Virus record (IMG/VR): IMGVR_UViG_3300027286_000002
Source of the DNA: a virus
Taxonomy: Duplodnaviria; Caudoviricetes
Direction: 5' to 3' (one strand)
Length of the DNA stretch: 64,000 bases
The translations under genes were made by a program, and so were the position numbers. This document shows, in pieces, positions 37,230 to 47,384 of this stretch (positions are counted from its first letter, which is position 1; each line of letters starts with the position of its first letter). The notes below the pieces were generated by a model, which worked only from the letters and a program-made list of their open reading frames with translations, did not search any database and was not told the origin of the DNA.

Positions 37230-39314
37230 TTAGCTAAAGAACTTGCTAACATCAGGTGCTGATTCCCACAACTTTGACAATTCATTAGCATCACTTGCTG
37301 TTCTACTAATATTGCCAAGTGTCTTTACACTAGCTTGTTGTGTCTTTGGTCTAGGAGTAATAGATGCTTTCTTAGAAGATGCTTTACCTTCTTCTTTAGC
37401 AGGTGCTTTACCTTCTTCTTTAGCAGGTGCTTTCTTTGCAGGTGCTTTTTTAGCAGGCTTTTCTTCCTCTTCTTCTTCCTCTACTTCTTCATCCTCAGTT
37501 TCTTCTTCTTCAGTTTCTTCTTCAGATTTTTTAGCTTTGGCAAAACGACTAGCTTTTTTAGATGCTGTTTCAGTTTCTTCAACTTCTTCTTCATCTTCAT
37601 CACTAGCAAAAGAGAAAAGACTTGCTAATCTAGGATCAGCATCAGCCATCATATCATCTGAATCAAGACCAAATGGATCTACTTCATCAGATTCAACTTC
37701 ATCAGCCATCCAATCAGCTTGTTCTTCTTCTTCAGATTCAACTTCATCTGCCATCATGTATTCAGTTTCATCTTCAGCCATGAACATAGCTTTCTTTGCA
37801 GATTGCTTGCCTTCACGAGCTTCAATTTCTTCTTGATAGAAATGACGAGGATCATTTTGACCAGCTTTTTTATTAGCTTTCTTAGATGCAAACTTTGATG
37901 CTTGTTGTTCCATAGCTTCTTCAGCTTCAATTTCAGCTAAAAGATCTGCTAATGATTCAGTACCATCATCTGCAATACCTTCATCTTCAGCCATATATGA
38001 ACTAAGAACATTTGCTAAACGACCAACACCTGCTTTTCTTGAAGATGCAAATCTTTCTACAGGTTGTTCACCATGAGAAGAATAGTTTTGTTCTAAAGCA
38101 TCTAAAACTTCACTGCCTGCTAATCTTTGTCTTAAACGAGCATTTGCTTTTTTAAGTGCTTTGATTTCTTCTTCAAGAACTTCACTATCGCTTAATTCTT
38201 CTGATTCTTCAGATTTTTTAGCTTGTCTTAAACGAGCATTTGCTTTCTTTGCTTGTTTAAGTTCTTCAGCAAGACTTTCAACTTCAGATGAAAGAGTTTC
38301 AACTTCTTCAGCTAATTGTTCAGCTGTTTCTACTGCTTCTTCAGCTAATTGTTCTGCACCATCAGATTTCTTTGATTGTTTTAAACGAAGATTAGCTTTC
38401 TTTGCTTGTTTAAGTTCTTCAGCAAGGTTTTCAACTTCTTCAGCTAATTGCTCTGCTGTAGAAACTGCTTCTTCAGCAATGCTTTCAGCTTCACTTGCAT
38501 CTTCTGATTTCTTGCCTGCTTGTCTTAATTTAAGATTTGCTTTCTTCATTGCTTGCAATTCAGCTTTGAGTTCTTCAACTTCTTCAGCTAATTGTTCGGC
38601 AGTTTCTACAGCCTCTTCAGCTAGTTGTTCAGCTTCACTTGAATCTTCTGATTTCTTACCTGCAAAACGACCACGATTTGCTCTACGAGCCATCATACTC
38701 ATTTCAGCCATCATATCTGATTCATCTGACATAAGATCTTCAGCATCAACTTCGCCAAAATAACCTGTGCCTTCTTGAACTACATTTTCAGCAAACATAT
38801 CTGATTCATCAGCCATCATATCAAATTCATCTGACATCATATCCATTTCATCAGCTAAAAAAGAAGATGAAAGTTTTCTTTGAAGTGTGGAATTAGATAA
38901 ATTCATATATGACAAAGCAAGATTTTCAATCGCACGAGCAGATGCTTTACGACCAAGTTTCTTTTCAGCTAATTCAATGCACTTTGATGCTTTTCTTTCC
39001 ATAGCTTGCTTTAAATTCAATTCATGTAATTGACTACCTGTTTCATAATCTTCTACAAGGTCTTCATCTACTGCAGGATGATCAGGCATCCAACCTACTG
39101 ATGCAGGTGGTGGACCGGAAAGATATGGACCCTTGCGAACACCTTCGCCAAAATCACTATCAATACCATATTCATCTACTTCAGGTTGAGCATAAGATGC
39201 AGGATGTCCAAAAGCATCCCAACCTTGATTATCATAGCCGGGGATTCCTGAATTTGCTCTTCTTCTATTTGAAAAAGATGATCTTCTTGTACGGAATGTC
39301 ATGTTAAACTCCAT
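37230..39314 (-). CDS. prohead scaffolding protein
   Basis: Very acidic coiled-coil 694-aa protein directly after the protease. Confidence 0.7.
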   Translation of the reverse strand: MEFNMTFRTRRSSFSNRRRANSGIPGYDNQGWDAFGHPASYAQPEVDEYGIDSDFGEGVRKGPYLSGPPPASVGWMPDHPAVDEDLVEDYETGSQLHELNLKQAMERKASKCIELAEKKLGRKASARAIENLALSYMNLSNSTLQRKLSSSFLADEMDMMSDEFDMMADESDMFAENVVQEGTGYFGEVDAEDLMSDESDMMAEMSMMARRANRGRFAGKKSEDSSEAEQLAEEAVETAEQLAEEVEELKAELQAMKKANLKLRQAGKKSEDASEAESIAEEAVSTAEQLAEEVENLAEELKQAKKANLRLKQSKKSDGAEQLAEEAVETAEQLAEEVETLSSEVESLAEELKQAKKANARLRQAKKSEESEELSDSEVLEEEIKALKKANARLRQRLAGSEVLDALEQNYSSHGEQPVERFASSRKAGVGRLANVLSSYMAEDEGIADDGTESLADLLAEIEAEEAMEQQASKFASKKANKKAGQNDPRHFYQEEIEAREGKQSAKKAMFMAEDETEYMMADEVESEEEEQADWMADEVESDEVDPFGLDSDDMMADADPRLASLFSFASDEDEEEVEETETASKKASRFAKAKKSEEETEEEETEDEEVEEEEEEEKPAKKAPAKKAPAKEEGKAPAKEEGKASSKKASITPRPKTQQASVKTLGNISRTASDANELSKLWESAPDVSKFFS
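38127..38663 (-). repeat. tandem 144-nt (48-aa) coding repeats in the scaffold
   Basis: Units start at 38663, 38519, 38375 and 38222 (xKKSE...AEQLAEE...KKANxxLxQ). Confidence 0.85.
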
Positions 39315-39326
39315 AGGTTTAAAGGT

Positions 39327-40823
39327 TTATCTTAAACTTAAAATCTTAGCTAATCTCACTAAGATCTTTTGTTCTTTATCTGTTAAAGGTTTTTTATAAA
39401 TTGTATCAGCTGTTGCTAAATAAGTATTTACATCACCATATTGTTTTGTACTACCTAAATAACTTGCCAAACGATACAAATGATTTGGGATTTCTACACC
39501 ATATTGCTTATTCACATAAGCAACATTCTTGATCGCTGTTTCATTTGATTGAGATAAGTTTACTGCCACTCTTAAATGACTAAAATAATTCTGCTGTAAA
39601 CTTGCTTGTTTCTTAGCTTTATCTTTTTCAACCAAACGACCATATAATTTTTCTACTAAAGCATCTATATCTTCATCTGACATTTCTTTTAAAGATACTG
39701 TCTTTTCTTCTGTATCTTCATCTTCTTGTGCTGTTTTAGAAATAGACCAATTCTCAAAATTCAAATTGCCTTCTTTAATCACACTATCATTTTCATGAAT
39801 GCTAGATTTACTCATATCTACTTTAGGTTCTTCTTTCTTGCCTGAAAGTTCTTCTTCTAACTTAGACTTTACTCTATCCATCACTACTTGCTTAATGTGT
39901 TCTTCTAATTCATCAATAGGACTTTTAGCAGGTTCAGCAGGTTTCTTTTCTTCACCACCACCTTCTTCACCACCACTTGAATCATCACCAAAATCAAAAG
40001 CTGATTTGGATTGACTTGCAACCTTTTGAATATCTAAAGTATTTCTTGCGACTGCACCTTTAAATGCAGGTGTAGCTACCCATGATGCCTCAATAAATGT
40101 AACACCACCATTATCACCTTCTGATTCATGTCCACATAGTTCTGCTACTCTGTGCTTATTACCTTTTTCATCATAGAAAACATTGCCTTTTTCATATTTG
40201 ATGTGCTTACACATTTCTGTTTCATCACTCGCAACATTTCCACATTTAGTACATAGGGTATAGTCTACAGAACATCCCATACTCATCGCATTCATTTGAC
40301 CTGATATAATCTGTTGTACTAAATCAGTATGCTTTTTATTAGTAGCTACTAAAATATCTACATAAAGACTATCACCAATATCTCTTAATACTGCATCAAT
40401 AATCTTACCTTTAGATAATTCTTCTACTTGAATATGTTCTACAAAATTATGGGCACCAATAAATGACTTGTAGGATTTCTGTAATACACCTCTTGACCAA
40501 CAATCTAAATTATTATTGATATATTGATCGCAATCAGCTTTCACTACATAATCGGCAAATCTTCTATTAATCTTTTCACCTTCAAATTGTACTGAACCTG
40601 TCTTTACATTTGTAGGTGTATCTACATCTACAGAACATACGATTGTTGAATGTGTTAATAGATATTTATCAGGTGTAAATGTTTCACCTAAAATTCTTTC
40701 AGCTTGTTCTTTTAAACTTGCATCTAATCTTCTATTGCCACTTGCAACACGAATACGATCCCATTCACCACCAAATATCTTTGGTTTAACGATACTTGAT
40801 TTTGCATATCTTAGAAATGCCAT
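39327..40823 (-). CDS. prohead maturation protease with a Cys/His zinc-ribbon-like insertion
   Basis: NFVEH...GKIIDA, AMSMGC...CTKCGN...CKH, and FIEASWVATPA motifs; position before the scaffold. Confidence 0.8.
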   Translation of the reverse strand: MAFLRYAKSSIVKPKIFGGEWDRIRVASGNRRLDASLKEQAERILGETFTPDKYLLTHSTIVCSVDVDTPTNVKTGSVQFEGEKINRRFADYVVKADCDQYINNNLDCWSRGVLQKSYKSFIGAHNFVEHIQVEELSKGKIIDAVLRDIGDSLYVDILVATNKKHTDLVQQIISGQMNAMSMGCSVDYTLCTKCGNVASDETEMCKHIKYEKGNVFYDEKGNKHRVAELCGHESEGDNGGVTFIEASWVATPAFKGAVARNTLDIQKVASQSKSAFDFGDDSSGGEEGGGEEKKPAEPAKSPIDELEEHIKQVVMDRVKSKLEEELSGKKEEPKVDMSKSSIHENDSVIKEGNLNFENWSISKTAQEDEDTEEKTVSLKEMSDEDIDALVEKLYGRLVEKDKAKKQASLQQNYFSHLRVAVNLSQSNETAIKNVAYVNKQYGVEIPNHLYRLASYLGSTKQYGDVNTYLATADTIYKKPLTDKEQKILVRLAKILSLR

Positions 40824-40835
40824 TTCATGTACTCC

Positions 40836-41306
40836 TTAGTTGAAACCAAGTATATCTGTGGTTTTGATGAGAAATAAACATTCAGGACAGCATAGAAGTC
40901 TTTCAGATTTACCACCTACTCTTTTATAGATGGTTTTCTTTAGTTCTACACCTTTGCATCTAGGACAAGTAGGTTTGAGTTCATCTCTACACATCCTATA
41001 CTTGCGATCTTTATCTGCCCAATATAATGCTGTTTTTGCATTAACAGGCTTTGTGCCAAGACCTCCGGGGATTGAATCATATTGCACAGGCTCAATGTCT
41101 AAGTCTGCAATCTGTAAATCCTCTACAGGATATCTTGAGCTACCAAAAGGAAATTGAACATCAACCATACCAATAGCTGGATAAATCGCTACTACTGTTC
41201 CGTGATGATCTTTACTGCCACCATAAAAAGGAAATACTTTCATACCTATTCTAAAGGTATTAGCTATCTCTTGATAATTGGTGATCGTTGTAGATTTCTT
41301 TTTCAT
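40836..41306 (-). CDS. nested in-frame 156-aa protein (SH3-like barrel plus zinc ribbon) with its own RBS
   Basis: AAAGGA upstream of ATG 41306, preceded by an intergenic-like AT-rich stretch (NNNNN when translated). Confidence 0.5.
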   Translation of the reverse strand: MKKKSTTITNYQEIANTFRIGMKVFPFYGGSKDHHGTVVAIYPAIGMVDVQFPFGSSRYPVEDLQIADLDIEPVQYDSIPGGLGTKPVNAKTALYWADKDRKYRMCRDELKPTCPRCKGVELKKTIYKRVGGKSERLLCCPECLFLIKTTDILGFN

Positions 41307-44300
41307 ATTAAAATCTAGTCCTTTGCTATTATTATTGTTGTTAATAAATACTTTATTAAAGTTTTTATCAGTTCCTAGTCTTGTTTTTTTAAAAATAGGT
41401 GGATCACTATCATTATTTTGCAATAATTCTAAATATTCTTGTCTTTTCTTTGGATCAGGTATCTTTCTAATTGCATCTATCATTGCTTTAGATCGTTCAT
41501 CTCTTGTTGCTTGACTTGCCTTTGCCAAATTCAAATCTGTTGTGATTTGTTTAATCCTCTCTACTCTTTTATTTTCATCTGGTATGAGTAAAGCATCTTC
41601 AAAATTCTTTGTGTATTTCTTAATCTCTTCTTGATGCTTTTTTACCTGTTCTTTTTCTTCTTTTGCCTTCTCCTTCTCTTTTGCCTTCTCCTTCTCTTTT
41701 TCTTTTGCTTCTGCTTCTTCTCTCTTCTCTATCTCTTTTGCCATTTCAGAGACATCCTCTTTTTCTTCAATGTCCATTTTTGTAGGTTTTGCTTTTGTCT
41801 TACCTTTATCTGCATTCGTAAAAAACATTTCATTTGAAATGAAATCTAATATATGTTCCCTTGCCTCTTGTTTTTGTGCATAACTTAATGTAACATTACA
41901 TTTATTATCATCATCATCTCTATCTTTGCTTTTATTCGCAACATCTTGTGGACAATAATCTGCACCTAATAATTTTGCCATTTCACCAACACTCGTATTT
42001 TCTACTACAGACATTAAATCTTCATCAGATACAGATTTAAATATGGTCTTTAAATTTTCTTTATATTCACCTTGTTCTTTAATTTTTGTCATTTGCATTA
42101 ATGCACCTAAGACTTTAGGATTATCCATTGTTTGAACCATTGCCACAATATCTTTATTCACAGGATATCTTTTTGTTTTTATAAATTCCTTGTCTTGTAA
42201 TTTTCTAGCTTTCTCTTCTAATTTTTTAAGTTCATCACTTGCAATAGTAAGATCGCCTGCTAATTTTTGTAATTCTGTTTCTTCTTTTTCACTTAACTTC
42301 CCATCCTTTTCTTTTTTAATTTTCAAAGTAGTTATCTTTTTCTTTAATTCAAACCATTGCATCTGTTTAAATCTTACTTTACTACCATCTAAAAGCTTCT
42401 TATTTTCTTCTTGCTCTATTTCTTTTTTAGTTTCATCTTTTAATGATTGGATTTTATTCGCAGTATTCTTTCTCTCATTTAAAGCACTTTGTGCTGTAAT
42501 TGCTTTTTCTTTCTTTTCTAATAATTTCTTATATGCAATCTGGTCTTTTGCCAAATCTTCTTTTTTCACTTTCGGATTAGATTGTGATTTTAATAACTTT
42601 TCCTTTAAGGTTTCTAATTCAGCTTTCACTTCTTCATAAGATGCCACATCTTTTAAAAGACTTTCTTCATCTCTTAATGCTAACTTATAATCATTTTGTT
42701 CTATTTTAGCTGTCTCTTTTTCTATCTTTTCTTTTGCACTTTGTTGTTTAAGAAGTTCTTCATTTAATTTTTCTAATTCTTTTTGATCTTTTGTTTTAGA
42801 AATTGCCTGTTGTATTTCTAAAATACTATTTCCTATGCTTTGAGATTTCTGCTTATTCTCAGTTATCTTTTTACTATTTTCTTCTCTTTTTTTCTTTTCT
42901 TTATCATTTAATGGCATCTTCATTTTTTCTAAATTAGAAATTTCTTTTTCCCTTTTATCTTGCTTTTCTTTCCTCTTTGCATCTTGCTTTTCCTTATATT
43001 CCTTTTTCTCATTAGGACTCATTCCTTCTGTTGGATCAGCATCAAATAATTCTTGCATTTCATCTTCATTGTTTTCAAACATTGCTGATGCTAGTAGTCC
43101 TTCATATGCACTTTCCAAAACATCTATTTTTTCTTTATCTTTAAATGGATCTAATTTATCCATTTCTGCTTTTAGTTTATTTCCCATCTCTTTTCTATCC
43201 TCAGCAGGCATCTTTGCATATCTTTCTTTTTCTGATTCTCTTATCCATTCTTTATGTTCTTCTATATCCTGTTTATTCATTGTTGTTAGGTTTTCTAAAC
43301 CTAAACCATTTAATGGATTAAAATGAAATTCTGCCTCTTTCTTTATTGCCATTGCCTTTGCTAATTCTTTTGGATCTTTTATTTTGCTTAAATCCACATC
43401 TCTATATTTCTTATAATCTGAATGACTTTGTTCTTTCTTTACTGTATTTGTATAAGACTCCATAAAATCATTTAGTTCTTTTTCATCCATATCCACATCT
43501 AAACTCTTTAAATGTTTTTCAAAAGATTTTGGATTAAAAGGTACTTTATTTTTCTTTGCCCATTCATTTACTCTATTCATATCCAATCTAGGTTTAGCAG
43601 ATACACCTGTTTCTACTACAGGTGGTGGTGCTTGTACAGGTGGTGGAGTTTGCTCTTGTGGTTTAGATTGATCCTGTTTAGGTTGTTTTTCCTGTGGTTT
43701 AGATTGATCCTGTTTGGTTTGATCAGTAACTTTAGATTGATCAGTAACTTTAGGTTGATCTTTTTTAACAGGTGCTTTCTGTTTAGGTGGTGCTTTAGAT
43801 CCTTCAGGTCTTTGCATTCCTAATGCCTGTTGTAATTCAGGTTGAGATAACAATTCTATGATAGCATCTAAAGTGCCTCTTTCACTGCCTTGCTCTATCT
43901 GCTTTAATTCCTCTAATGCCTTTGCCTTATCATGTCCTCTTAATGCTTTTAATAACTTCTTTGCATTATCTTTTGTCTTTATAGGATCTATTTCTGAAAT
44001 ACTTTTTTTAGGTGCTTGCTTTTCTTCTTTTTGTTCACCTTTATCTTTTTGACTACCTGCTCCACCTGTTTCTTTTTTTGATCTTGCCTTATCCATACCT
44101 TTATTGAAATCTTCTTTTGCCTGTGCATTTCCTCTTGCATATGCAGTTCCAAAAGATAGTTCTACACCTGTAGCAGTATCTTTATATCTTTTACCTTTTA
44201 GTCCTTTTTTTACTTTATCTGCTAATTCAGGATCAGCAGTACTTTGACTTTTTGTAGTTTCTTTAGCTTGCATCTCTGTTAATTTATTTTGAATAAATTT

Positions 44301-44372
44301 TGTCATTGATTGCAATTCATCTAAATCTTTATCAGCTGTCTTAATATTCAATAAAGGATCTAATACATACAT
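40836..44372 (-). CDS. large Lys/Glu-rich protein between portal and protease (head morphogenesis / internal protein)
   Basis: 1178-aa ORF with long coiled coils; C-terminal small beta domain plus CPRC...CPEC. Confidence 0.65.
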   Translation of the reverse strand: MYVLDPLLNIKTADKDLDELQSMTKFIQNKLTEMQAKETTKSQSTADPELADKVKKGLKGKRYKDTATGVELSFGTAYARGNAQAKEDFNKGMDKARSKKETGGAGSQKDKGEQKEEKQAPKKSISEIDPIKTKDNAKKLLKALRGHDKAKALEELKQIEQGSERGTLDAIIELLSQPELQQALGMQRPEGSKAPPKQKAPVKKDQPKVTDQSKVTDQTKQDQSKPQEKQPKQDQSKPQEQTPPPVQAPPPVVETGVSAKPRLDMNRVNEWAKKNKVPFNPKSFEKHLKSLDVDMDEKELNDFMESYTNTVKKEQSHSDYKKYRDVDLSKIKDPKELAKAMAIKKEAEFHFNPLNGLGLENLTTMNKQDIEEHKEWIRESEKERYAKMPAEDRKEMGNKLKAEMDKLDPFKDKEKIDVLESAYEGLLASAMFENNEDEMQELFDADPTEGMSPNEKKEYKEKQDAKRKEKQDKREKEISNLEKMKMPLNDKEKKKREENSKKITENKQKSQSIGNSILEIQQAISKTKDQKELEKLNEELLKQQSAKEKIEKETAKIEQNDYKLALRDEESLLKDVASYEEVKAELETLKEKLLKSQSNPKVKKEDLAKDQIAYKKLLEKKEKAITAQSALNERKNTANKIQSLKDETKKEIEQEENKKLLDGSKVRFKQMQWFELKKKITTLKIKKEKDGKLSEKEETELQKLAGDLTIASDELKKLEEKARKLQDKEFIKTKRYPVNKDIVAMVQTMDNPKVLGALMQMTKIKEQGEYKENLKTIFKSVSDEDLMSVVENTSVGEMAKLLGADYCPQDVANKSKDRDDDDNKCNVTLSYAQKQEAREHILDFISNEMFFTNADKGKTKAKPTKMDIEEKEDVSEMAKEIEKREEAEAKEKEKEKAKEKEKAKEEKEQVKKHQEEIKKYTKNFEDALLIPDENKRVERIKQITTDLNLAKASQATRDERSKAMIDAIRKIPDPKKRQEYLELLQNNDSDPPIFKKTRLGTDKNFNKVFINNNNNSKGLDFNMKKKSTTITNYQEIANTFRIGMKVFPFYGGSKDHHGTVVAIYPAIGMVDVQFPFGSSRYPVEDLQIADLDIEPVQYDSIPGGLGTKPVNAKTALYWADKDRKYRMCRDELKPTCPRCKGVELKKTIYKRVGGKSERLLCCPECLFLIKTTDILGFN

Positions 44373-44378
44373 TTTCTT

Positions 44379-45053
44379 TTACCATCTTCTTCTTGCTACT
44401 TTGGTTGTATGTAATGATAAATCTCTATCACCTTCTGCACCTAAATTCTCAATATCCTTATCGTTCTCTACAATCCTATTTTGTCTTAAATCTTCTCTTT
44501 TAGGTTTCAGCTTTGGTGATGGCTTTACCATTTCAGATACTCTTTCATCTTCTTTCTGATTATCACTTTTAGTAGCATATTTGCCATGTGGACAGTAAGA
44601 TGCAAACTTCTTATTATGTTTTGACTCGTCCATTTCCACTACATCAAAACAATATGGTGTTAGCTTTTTTCTTACATCTCTTAATGCCTGTGATATCAAT
44701 AAATATCCTTTTCTCTTTTTGATCTCATCATCTTTAATATCCAGCCATATTGATTGCAAATCTCTTAATACTTGTGCTTGACCTTCTAATATATCAAGAT
44801 ACTTTAAATCTTTATCTAGTGAGATCGCCTCTTCAAAGAATGCCTCAATCGTTAAGAAATGTTTTCTAATACAATCAGGACACCTCTTGCGAACATTATT
44901 TAAATGATCTTCCAATAAACAAGATTGCTTACAAATCTCTCTCATATTAAATAAAGGATTCATAATAGGCAATAAACCTAAATCACTTTCACTTGCTCTT
45001 TTTATTCTTGTCTTTAAAGAACTTAAACGAAATGATAAATCAAACATATACAT
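44379..45053 (-). CDS. conserved viral protein with LLEDHL...RCxDCxxKHF motif
   Basis: NPLFNMREICKQSCLLEDHL...KRCPDCIRKHFLTIEAFFEEA. Confidence 0.7.
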   Translation of the reverse strand: MYMFDLSFRLSSLKTRIKRASESDLGLLPIMNPLFNMREICKQSCLLEDHLNNVRKRCPDCIRKHFLTIEAFFEEAISLDKDLKYLDILEGQAQVLRDLQSIWLDIKDDEIKKRKGYLLISQALRDVRKKLTPYCFDVVEMDESKHNKKFASYCPHGKYATKSDNQKEDERVSEMVKPSPKLKPKREDLRQNRIVENDKDIENLGAEGDRDLSLHTTKVARRRW

Positions 45054-45104
45054 ATCCTTTTTTTTAGATTTTTTATATAAAAAAGGATATTCATTTAATA
45101 GTTA

Positions 45105-46838
45105 TTAAAAACGACCACCTTCACCTTCAGGCTTTGGCTTACTATATTTCAATCCTATGTTTTTTGCTATCAATTCTATCGCATCACTATTCTCTGCTAA
45201 CATTCTACCTGCCTCACCATATATACCTCTCAACACTTCATTAAATGTACTGTCATTAAATGTTAAAGCATCTCTCTTTAGCTTTGCCTTTGTGGTTTCA
45301 CTGTCAATATTCAATAACTCTAAAATCACATCTATATCTAATGATCCCTTTTGATACAGATTAAACAAAGCATCAAAGGTGTCTTGATTATCTCTTAATC
45401 CTAATCTTGTAAATGATAAAGACGGATGAACCACCACTTCTTCACCATCATCATCTACTTCTATAAATCCCATTCTTTCACACATAGGTTTAAGCATATT
45501 TTCTTCTACCATTTCCTGTAGAATTTCTCTCATTAACATATATCTAGTGTTAATGACTTCCAAATGAATACGATCACCACTATATGCACCTTCACCACTT
45601 AATAAACTTTCTGTTACACCTAAACCTGCATATAGCTGTCTATCTGTCATATCGTATTCAGATGACAGGTCTAACAAGCGACTATCTGCACCCATTTCTT
45701 CCCAATTCACTTGGAAATTTGAAATAATAGAATAATCAGGATCTTGTAATGCTAAATCTACTTGATCTCTTAATGCCTCTACATCCATTGCATCCATATC
45801 CTCTGCATATACTAAACGAATAGGTGTTAAGTGTCTTGATGCAATACTTGTCTGTGCTTGTCTTAATTTATCTCTAAACACTAAAATTCTTAAACATCTT
45901 TCTAATACACTATGTCCACGAGGTTCATATTGTGATTTCTTTCTTGCCATATAAAACACAAAGCTACCTAGATTTGGATCTGTATTTAATGGTATATTCC
46001 TACCTTCTTTAATTGCATCTACTACATCAGGTGGCATTGATCTAGCTATTCTTAATGCTTCAGGATCATCCATACCTGCTCTCTCTACTACATCTTTTGT
46101 CTTGCTATCAGGTATTAATTGAATCATCTTTTGATCTGTAAATGGAAAACTCTCCATATGTACTTGTTCAGGTGGCAAAATACGAATAGCTGTCCATCCC
46201 TTATAATTCTTTTTCATCCACTCATATGCCCTCTCATTACTATCTTCATATTCTTCCCAAAGTTCTTCAATCTGATCTGCTGTACCTTCCCTTAAAGAAA
46301 TCTTTTTTTTATGTGTAACTTCTTTAGGCATATCTGGATTGTTATCTTCACAGAATACAAACACTTCACCAAGTAAATTATATTCATGCACAATTTCAAT
46401 AAGTCTGTGTAGTAAACCTACTTTCTTTGCCCATTTCTCACAAAAGGATAATGCTTTTCTAGCTAACTCACTGTCTTTAGCTTTTGGCATACCTAATCTA
46501 ATTTTAGATAAAGGTAATTCGGTATGTAAATCAATCGCTTGACCAACAAATGGATCTGTACGATAAAAGAATCTAAAGTAGTTTCTCTGTTCATCTTGAG
46601 ATTGTGGTAATTCCAAAAAGTCTGTTGAAAGTTCAGGTGAGTAAAAATTACCACCACCACCTAATTGAGTACCACCTGTTGTCATCGCAACCTTTACTCT
46701 TGATTTCATCTCATTAGGTGTTAGCTTTTTTGCAGGCTGTGTCTTTACCTTTTCTCTTGGTCTTACTTTACTGACTACTTTTACATCATCATCTTCAATC
46801 GTTGGTGTCTGTTGGTTTGATTGCTTTGCCATTTTCAT
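45105..46838 (-). CDS. portal protein
   Basis: 577 aa, between terminase and protease; YRTDPFVGQAIDLH and GHSVLERCL...DKLRQAQ motifs. Confidence 0.8.
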   Translation of the reverse strand: MKMAKQSNQQTPTIEDDDVKVVSKVRPREKVKTQPAKKLTPNEMKSRVKVAMTTGGTQLGGGGNFYSPELSTDFLELPQSQDEQRNYFRFFYRTDPFVGQAIDLHTELPLSKIRLGMPKAKDSELARKALSFCEKWAKKVGLLHRLIEIVHEYNLLGEVFVFCEDNNPDMPKEVTHKKKISLREGTADQIEELWEEYEDSNERAYEWMKKNYKGWTAIRILPPEQVHMESFPFTDQKMIQLIPDSKTKDVVERAGMDDPEALRIARSMPPDVVDAIKEGRNIPLNTDPNLGSFVFYMARKKSQYEPRGHSVLERCLRILVFRDKLRQAQTSIASRHLTPIRLVYAEDMDAMDVEALRDQVDLALQDPDYSIISNFQVNWEEMGADSRLLDLSSEYDMTDRQLYAGLGVTESLLSGEGAYSGDRIHLEVINTRYMLMREILQEMVEENMLKPMCERMGFIEVDDDGEEVVVHPSLSFTRLGLRDNQDTFDALFNLYQKGSLDIDVILELLNIDSETTKAKLKRDALTFNDSTFNEVLRGIYGEAGRMLAENSDAIELIAKNIGLKYSKPKPEGEGGRF

Positions 46839-47055
46839 CCTTCCTTTGCTTTATTAAATATTTAATCACTGTTTTTAATAACTTAACATGGTCAGGATGT
46901 CCTTCATAAAACTGCTTCCATGTTCCACCTTTTTCATTATACAATAAAGCAATCTCTTCTATTAAATCTAAATCCTCTTTTTCATCACCATAGGATATTT
47001 CTAATATTCTTGAAATCACTCTTTGGTATGCCATTCCTAAATGCTTTGGTTTCAT
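46795..47055 (-). CDS. hypothetical protein upstream of the portal
   Basis: 86-aa ORF overlapping the portal start. Confidence 0.6.
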   Translation of the reverse strand: MKPKHLGMAYQRVISRILEISYGDEKEDLDLIEEIALLYNEKGGTWKQFYEGHPDHVKLLKTVIKYLIKQRKDENGKAIKPTDTND

Positions 47056-47108
47056 AATTCATTTAACCTTTCTTGTTTATTACACATCATAATTAAAAGG
47101 ATTATCAA

Positions 47109-47384
47109 ATGTTTAATGAAAACCACCAATACTATTCCCTTTGTATGTTCTTTCTCGAAGATTATCTTGAACTAGGTAAACCATATATTTTCTGTTCAGA
47201 TAAAGATACTCTTACTGCTGAATGGTTTGAACTTCAAATCAAACTACAAATCAATTTACTTAATTTAGATAGTGAATTGTATATCAAAAATCTACTTGAC
47301 CATCGTACTAATTTATATAACTATGGTAGGAGATACCTTTTAAAAAAACATATACAAAGCACAGGACTTAAACCACATGGCTAA
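47109..47384 (+). CDS. hypothetical protein, first gene of an inserted two-gene cassette
   Basis: 91-aa ORF, AAAGGA SD, overlaps the next start. Confidence 0.6.
   Translation: MFNENHQYYSLCMFFLEDYLELGKPYIFCSDKDTLTAEWFELQIKLQINLLNLDSELYIKNLLDHRTNLYNYGRRYLLKKHIQSTGLKPHG

Noticed and set aside
37243-43823. Long plus-strand shadow ORFs (37243-37836, 38161-38763, 42190-42639 and others)
   Set aside because: Ser/Phe/Leu-rich antisense translations of low-complexity K/E/A-rich genes, with no RBS or family signature.
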